From a virus: a stretch of DNA of 64,000 nt. Made by a program: the position numbers and the translations under genes. Under the pieces are notes generated by a model that saw only the letters and a program-made list of their open reading frames with translations, was not told where the DNA came from and searched no databases. Positions 57,452 to 64,000 of this stretch are shown in pieces (positions within the stretch are counted from its first letter, which is position 1; the number at the start of each line of letters is the position of its first letter). The stretch lies in the IMG/VR virus record IMGVR_UViG_3300017971_000203; one strand, given 5' to 3'.

Positions 57452-60080
57452 CTCCTTGGGGCTACACCTGATCGACCTTGTCCGGCCGGTGCTCGTAGTG
57501 GCGTTTCAGGATGCGGTCCAGGCGCTCCTCACTGTAGGCCATGGACGTTCTCAGGGCGTCATTCAGCAGTGTGATCAGCTGGGGGTCGCCTTGTATGTGT
57601 GCGGTCTTGAACTTGATGGCGCCTTGTTCAGCGTTCGCGATGTCGGGGCGGTGGATGTAGATCTTGTCGCAGCGGTCGTTGAGCTCCACCCAGTGTGTGA
57701 GCCCGTCGACCTGTGGCAGCCATTCTTTGAACTCAGCGGGGTTCCAGGATCCGCAGTATCGGCACACCCTGTCGTCTCCTCGTTCTCTCCATCCGTGTGT
57801 CAAGCCTCCTTGCCATGTGGGGCACAGGGGGCATCTGGATTTGTCTTCTACGGGTGCGGTGCTCATGGGCGCTTCTCCAGCCAGACCTCGATCTGGTCAC
57901 TGGTCTTGATGGGCGTGTCGATGGTGACGAGGCCTCGGGCTCTCTTGAAGGGTGTCAGGGTGCCGTTGATGGCGAGGTGTTGTGTGCGGTCCCAGAGCAT
58001 GCTGCCGTTGCCGAAGGGCTCTCCTGGGGGCACGGGGCGGCTCATCCAGAACGTCACTCTCAGCATACCGGCTGACTTGTCCCAGTCCAGGTGGGCGGTG
58101 CTCATGGTGCGTCCTCGCAGACGGTAGAAGGTTCTTCCCAGGGCCACAGGATGGCTTCGCAGGCGCATTCGTTTGCGATGTTGTGCTCGATGCAAACCAC
58201 GTAGGGGTCGAGTGCTTCGAGGTCGGCCCTTGGGATGAGCAGGAAGCTGAGTACGATGGTGAGCTCTATCATGGTGCTTTCTTCCAGCAGGTCCATATCC
58301 CCTTGGCGGCGATGCGTAGCACGAGGCGGTCTCTTTCTTCGGGGTCTTCCACGTTCAGGGCATGGGGTCCGAAGGTGAGCGGCTTGTCGGGGACTTCGGC
58401 GAAGCCTTCTTCTTCCACGAGGGCTTGCACTTTCTTCTCTGGTCCGAAGACGAGTACCTGGTAGCTCATGGTGCGGCCTTTCAGTCAAGGGGTAGCCCGA
58501 GCTCTGCTCTGATGCGTTCGGCTTTGGTGAGGGCGTCGTCGTAGCGGTCTCCGAAGAGACACGAGGGGCAGCAAGCGTATCGAGCTCTGTCGAACATGTC
58601 CTTGGCGGCCTCTTCGTGTCTGACCAGGGCGCGGACTTTTCGGCGGACCTCGAGAGGCGGCATTCCGGGGCGGCCTTTGCGGCGGGCCTTCTCAGAGAGG
58701 GCGGCTTTGGCCTGCTCTTCCAGTCGCTGAGCGCGGCGCTGCCTGTCGAAGGCCCTGCGTACTTGGTGGAAGAGCTCTGTAAGGGCGCTCATGGGGCTAT
58801 CTCTTCAGTTGGCGCTCGGCTTTTCGGTAGAGCCGATGTAGCGCTTCGACCTTGTCTTCATCCATGAATTCTGGGTACAGGGCGACTTGAAGGACGGCGT
58901 GAAGACCGTCTCCGAGCTCCGTCCTGACGGCCTGGATGGCGTGGTAGTGCTCCCAATCGCCTTCGCCGAGGACAACGTTGTCGACGCCTTTGATCATCTT
59001 GATAGCGTCCATGACGACCTGGGCGTCATCGTCTTCGCGCTTGGGCTCGGTCAGGTACACTGTGAGGGTTCGTACTCGTTCTGTCATGGGTGTTTCCCTG
59101 CTATCCACTCGTTGAAGGCGGCTTCTATGGGGTCGGGTTCGGGTGGCGGGGCGTCCATGTAGGGGTCGCGGATCAGGGGCGGCTCTGGGAAGCCCTGGCA
59201 GACCGGGCAGGGCACAGTGCCTTCGAAGCAGCCGTATGGGCATGTCTCTTCGTCGTGTGTGTCCTGGCAGGTCTCGAGCTCGGGGCACGTCACCCAGGAG
59301 CTGCGCTCACATGGGCAGACCGGGTCGGCGTTGGCGTCGAACTCCTTGAGGAGCTCCATGCGCTCCAGCTCTTCCAGCAGACAGAGCTGTCTTCCCCAGT
59401 CCATGTCTGCGGCGGTGCATATGAAGATCTGCACGGGGCTCATGTCTCTTCCACCTTCAGGTACGTGCTCGTGGATGTCGTTGGGCTTGGTCTGCAGGAC
59501 CGAGAAGGTCGTCGGACGAACGATGTCGTGTGTGACCTTTTCCGTGGGTGCGTCCATCAGCAGGATCCGAAAGCGAAGGTGATGAAGCCGTTCGGGTTCT
59601 CGGGGTACTCGTTGGGCTGGCCCGGGAAGAAGCCGAGTTTCAAGAGCTCCAGGCAGTCCTCTTTGGACACCTTGTCGGGGTGGATATTGACGTACAGGAC
59701 GTCGTGTTCGCAGTGGCAGGGGTAGGTGGGGTTGCCGTACTTGCGGAACAGCTGGAAGGCCTTGATCAGGGTGTCGAGGTCGACGTTCTCGGGGCAGTCG
59801 TTCTCGATGTCCTCGATCTCTTCGGGGGTGAGTTCTTCGGGGTAGTATCTGGGCTCTGCCATGGTCGTCTCCTATGATTCGAGGTCCTTGGGTTCGAGGT
59901 AGAGCACCCTGAGCTTGCCCTTGTGGCGATAGGCCACCGGGGTCACAGGGATGGCGTTGCGAAGGGCGTGTCTCTTCTGGGCCTTCTCCCGCTCGGCTCG
60001 GCCGTCTTCCCATCGAAAGAACAGAACGGCGAGGGCCGTGATCAGGGCGCCTACCACGAAGCCCAGGATGGCTGCGGTGC

Positions 60081-60665
60081 TCATGATGGAATCAGCCTCT
60101 TCAGGTGTACCCACGCACCGTTACTGATCCGCTTCATCCCTTGGGGCTCGGGACTTAGCGCACTGTGTTTGGTGGTGATGATCCGGGCCGGATACTCGTT
60201 TCCGGTTCTCGAGACAATGCGTCTCTCAAGGTACGGAAACAGGTCGATGCCGGGCCAGCGGTCGATGTTGTCGAAGACAGCGTGCACGAAGTTCTTACCG
60301 ACCAGGGACGCCGGTTCGGTGTCGTTATCGGCGGCCACGATTTCGATGTCTCTGGACGAATACCGATTGATGTAGGGCGCGATCCACTGCCCGTAGCCTT
60401 CCATGTGAGAAGTCAGGCCTCCACGGTCGTTGGTAATGAAGGCCAGGGCCAGTTGGTTCTTCTCACTGAGCCCGAAGGGCATTTCCTCCATACGGGCCAG
60501 GGTCATAACAGCATCCAGGGTCAGCAGCAGTGCCAGCATGGTCTTCCCGCTAGACAGCTCTCCGTGGATGGTGATGTTGTTCACTCCTGGCAGACGGCAA
60601 AGTTCGAAGGCCTCCCGAATGGGAGGGGGCACCTCTATGGGCACCAGATCAGCAGCAGTCTTCAT
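60081..60665 (-). CDS. truncated terminase-large-subunit-like P-loop domain
   Basis: Walker A IHGELSSGKT; FGL..LALAF; SLVGKNFVHAVFDNID (Walker-B-like, DN instead of DE); no nuclease domain. Confidence 0.5.
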   Translation of the reverse strand: MKTAADLVPIEVPPPIREAFELCRLPGVNNITIHGELSSGKTMLALLLTLDAVMTLARMEEMPFGLSEKNQLALAFITNDRGGLTSHMEGYGQWIAPYINRYSSRDIEIVAADNDTEPASLVGKNFVHAVFDNIDRWPGIDLFPYLERRIVSRTGNEYPARIITTKHSALSPEPQGMKRISNGAWVHLKRLIPS

Positions 60666-62329
60666 GTTCCATCTCCACACATCTCCATGCGCAGGTACGC
60701 GCAGGCGTCTTGTTGTTCTTTCTGGGTCTCGAAGCAGTCGATGACGTACATCTTGTCGCTCTCTGAGGTCTGGTAGTAGTAGTAGGGCGCCGAGACCAGA
60801 CAGAACGAGCCGTCCACGTACTCCAGGAAGACGCCTACAGTGCAGCGGTCCTTGTCCTTGTCCACGATGTCCTGGGTGTCGTAGCAGCCCGTCAGAGCGG
60901 CTGTGAGGGCCAGGACCGCCAGGATGATCACGAATGCCCGGGTCATGGCTTGTCGTCTCCCTTGGCCTTCTCTGCCTTCTCCTTCGCCATGCACTCGGGG
61001 CACAGCAGCCGCCACTTGCCCCCCGGGTACTTGAAGCCCTCTCCTTTCCGCTTGCACGTGTTGCAGGTGTCGACGTAGGCGCTCAGCGGAGGCGCCGGGT
61101 TCGAGGCCTCGTTCATGTAGTCTTCCCAGCCCATCTTCGTCTCCTCTCAGCAGTCGGTGTCTTCGCACTTGGGGTTGCCGCAGCGTCGGTCTTCCACGGG
61201 TTGGATCGTCCGATCCTCATAGACCTTCCCGCAGACGTAACACTCGAAGAGGGCTTTTCCGGCGACGTCAATCTCGGCTTGTGCGCAGGCGTCCCGCTCG
61301 GCAGCGAAACCCCTGTGAAGGGTGCAGCCTTCGCAGTAGGTCTTCTCCGTGTCCGCGATCCCATCCCGGCTCCAACCTTTCGGGTTGTAACTGGTGAATG
61401 CTCGATTCATCTGCCGTGAGTAGAACCAGCTGACCGTCTCGACGGTCTTCTTTGTACCGCAGCGGTCGCACTCGAACAGGAACGGTTTCAGCTCTCCGTA
61501 GCTCATCAGGGAGTCCCTCCCAGAACGACGTTCCGAAGAACAGCCTCGGCTACGGGGTCCCCTGGGCATTCGGGGTGCGGGTGGAGCTGCACCTTCCCGG
61601 TCCCGTACACGATCAGGTTCGCCTCGGGGTACTCACCACGAACCCTGAGCACGAGCTTGTTCAGGGTCTCCACAGCCAGGGACAAGCTCCGCTGTGGGGT
61701 CATCTGGTCCGTAGACCCGGGCTCCTTCGAGAGCTCCTTTGCAGGGGTCTTCTCCTTCAGGAAGAAGTGGGAACCCAGGGCGCCACAGGGAGCCTCGACG
61801 TCCCAGCCCCTGGTCATGCAGAGGTAGAACAGGTCGTCCATCAGGGCCGGGGTCATGCTCTGGAAGAGCTCCTCTTTCAAGTCGACCCGGACAGGCTTCT
61901 TGAGGTCGGCCTGAGCGAGCAGTTTGTTGATGTGCCAGATAGCAGCCCTCACCAGGTTGGCCGGGTCTTTTCTCTGCTTGGTGGCGGCTTCGTGCGGGGT
62001 CATGAGGCGATTGTCTTTGGATGCCATAGGCTTCTTTCCTGATCCTTTGCAGAGGCAACAAACGAAGTTCTTCCGATGAGGGTCTCTGCCAGAGCCGTTG
62101 CAGCGCGGGCACCTGTTGCAGGTGCAGGCAGAGCCGCTCCAGGCGAGGCACTCGTAGCACCAGGTCTCCGCACACATCGGACAGAGGTGAATGCGGTCGA
62201 GGGGGCCAGACCAGCCTTCCGGCGGCTCCGGGAACTGATAGCCGCCTTTCACGGCTTTCGTATGTCCGCAGCGGTCGCAGTGGAACACGTACTGTGTGTG
62301 ACTATGAAGGCTCATATCCTTCGGGCTCC

Positions 62330-63172
62330 TCAGTAGTCGCTCCCAGGGAAGCCGTCGCCGGCCCCGTGCATCTTGTCGGGATCCAGACAAGGCTCGGGCT
62401 TGCGCCGCGGGTGCAGGAGGCTACGAAGCGCTTCCGGCATCTCTCCGGCCTCGACGTCGTTGTCAGAGGCTTCCAGGTGTCGGGCCCAGGCCCACTGCGA
62501 AATCTCCACCTGCGCCTCCTCGGACAGGGCCGCCAGATCTCTGTCGCTGGGGAGCGGCGGGTCGAGCACCAGGGAAAGCAGGTCGACGAGCGCGGCGATC
62601 GGCATGGGCTCAGCCGGGTCGACGCTCTCTCCTGGGGGCTCCTCGCCGTGGCACTGGGGGCACCAGAGCGTGTGGTTGAAGTGCCCGTCGTCCCGCTCCT
62701 CGGACGCGATGCTGAACAGGGTGCCGCACTTCCCGCACACGAGCGACGACCGGTAGATGATGAGGCACTGGTTGAGTTTCTCGTTGAACTCCCGCCACCA
62801 GTTCTCCGTGTTCGGCTCCTCCTCGATACCGATGCTCCTGGCCACGTGCTCGAGGTGTTCCTGCACGAAGGACCATGCGACCTCGGAAAAGGGCCCTGCA
62901 GCGCGGTACAAGGACCGGGCGGCCTCTCGGACGTCTTCCTCGGTGAGGGCGTCGTCCAGGTAGTAGCGGGCGCTTTCGCACCAGTCGAACCACTCGAAGT
63001 CGCCGTTGTCGTCGAACTCGAACTGGGCGATGGAACCGATCTCGGACACCGGGGTGTCTTCTCTGGCGTAGACGTCCCACTGCCCGTCTCGGCTCAGCTC
63101 GGCTTCGAGGAAGAAGCCTTTCACGCGGGCGTGGGCTGATCCTGTCACCGTCCATTCCGTTGGCTCTGTCAT
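62330..63172 (-). CDS. hypothetical protein (Zn ribbon)
   Basis: ORF track, RBS; CGKC..CPQC. Confidence 0.6.
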   Translation of the reverse strand: MTEPTEWTVTGSAHARVKGFFLEAELSRDGQWDVYAREDTPVSEIGSIAQFEFDDNGDFEWFDWCESARYYLDDALTEEDVREAARSLYRAAGPFSEVAWSFVQEHLEHVARSIGIEEEPNTENWWREFNEKLNQCLIIYRSSLVCGKCGTLFSIASEERDDGHFNHTLWCPQCHGEEPPGESVDPAEPMPIAALVDLLSLVLDPPLPSDRDLAALSEEAQVEISQWAWARHLEASDNDVEAGEMPEALRSLLHPRRKPEPCLDPDKMHGAGDGFPGSDY

Positions 63173-63227
63173 TCTCCGTCTCCTTGTTTGTCGGCCCGGG
63201 CTGCCTGGAATACCCCAATCTTGAGGA

Positions 63228-63854
63228 TCATGTCGTCAGCTCGATGGTGACGCGGGACCTGAGCGGGTTGCCGATCTCCACCGCGATGACGTCGGTGCGC
63301 TTCTGGTTGTCCTGGTAGAGCTCCAGCGTGCGGTTCATCCACTCCGACTTCTCGTCCGGGGCGAAGTAGTAGATGTGGCGGCCGAGGTCCTCCACGGAGG
63401 AAGTCTCCCCGTAGTGCGTCTCACTGTGGCTGCCCTTGGTCAGGATGATGATCAGGTAGCCCTCGCCAGGGACGTCCTCCAGGGACTGCACGTGCAGGCG
63501 CGTGAGCTCCGGTTTGTCGTACCGGGCGCCGCTGTTCACGGTGTCCTTGCCCGTCACCAGGCGCCTCTTGCGCTCCTCCACGGTCTCCCTTCTGTCCGTG
63601 GAGCGGAAGCGGCTCTCTGTAGCGGCTACGCGCTCTTTGAAGCGGTCGACGTGCCTCTGTCCTGGGGACCTTTCGTGACGACGTTCCGTGGTCTCCCTCC
63701 GATCATCGCCCCCCATTGTGCCGGACGCCCTCTCCCCCAGCTTCTTTCGCTTGTCCTTCGGGGGACGTGGCTCGGGTGTGGTGCCCTCTTGGTAGTGGTG
63801 GCTCATGTCCGTCTCCTTGATCTCTCGAGGTCTGTAGTTGAGCTGCGGCTTCAC
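63228..63854 (-). CDS. hypothetical protein
   Basis: ORF track. Confidence 0.55.
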   Translation of the reverse strand: MKPQLNYRPREIKETDMSHHYQEGTTPEPRPPKDKRKKLGERASGTMGGDDRRETTERRHERSPGQRHVDRFKERVAATESRFRSTDRRETVEERKRRLVTGKDTVNSGARYDKPELTRLHVQSLEDVPGEGYLIIILTKGSHSETHYGETSSVEDLGRHIYYFAPDEKSEWMNRTLELYQDNQKRTDVIAVEIGNPLRSRVTIELTT

Positions 63855-64000
63855 TGCCCGCGCCGCCTCGCCAAGGCCTCCTTGAACATCCGAGACCGGA
63901 TGCCCGGGGGCGTCTTCTTGTCCATCTGGATGTAGGTCTCACAGACGCAGCAGTCGGCCCGCAGACGGGGCTCCCAGGTCTCCCCGCCGTAGTGCACGGC

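Noticed and set aside
41-63935. Most long plus-strand ORFs (e.g. 3575-4927, 11566-12708, 32957-34399, 53095-54582)
   Set aside because: Antisense shadows of GC3-rich minus-strand genes; only 43470-45368, 51323-51871 and probably 55988-56269 look real

Overview
This looks like a 64-kb segment of a large, GC-rich (jumbo-type) bacteriophage genome. It holds dense, mostly minus-strand small hypothetical genes behind repeated sigma70-like promoters. Recognisable accessory genes include a CDKN3-like phosphatase, ADP-ribosylglycohydrolase, Dam, Ro60/TROVE, dNK, GIY-YIG, tandem CsrA, HAD phosphatase, Rnl2-type RNA ligase, serine recombinase and a BRO protein. A roughly 3.4-kb ncRNA island contains tmRNA, tRNAs, at least 7 Y-RNA-like RNAs and several odd tRNA-like RNAs. 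The standout is the formylglycine-generating-enzyme (FGE/C-type-lectin-fold) gene at 42505..39470 (-). Its apparently low-complexity Ser/Pro/Gly tail is an array of about 15 alternative C-terminal cassettes. Twelve are entered through a correctly phased -1 slippery heptamer (C CCU UUN) preceded by an SD-like tract. Each encodes a different 'RGGxW...GFRxxRG*' ending that completes the fold. I infer a frameshift-driven diversity generator, a translational analogue of a DGR. All family assignments come from motif recognition by eye; no database searches were run.
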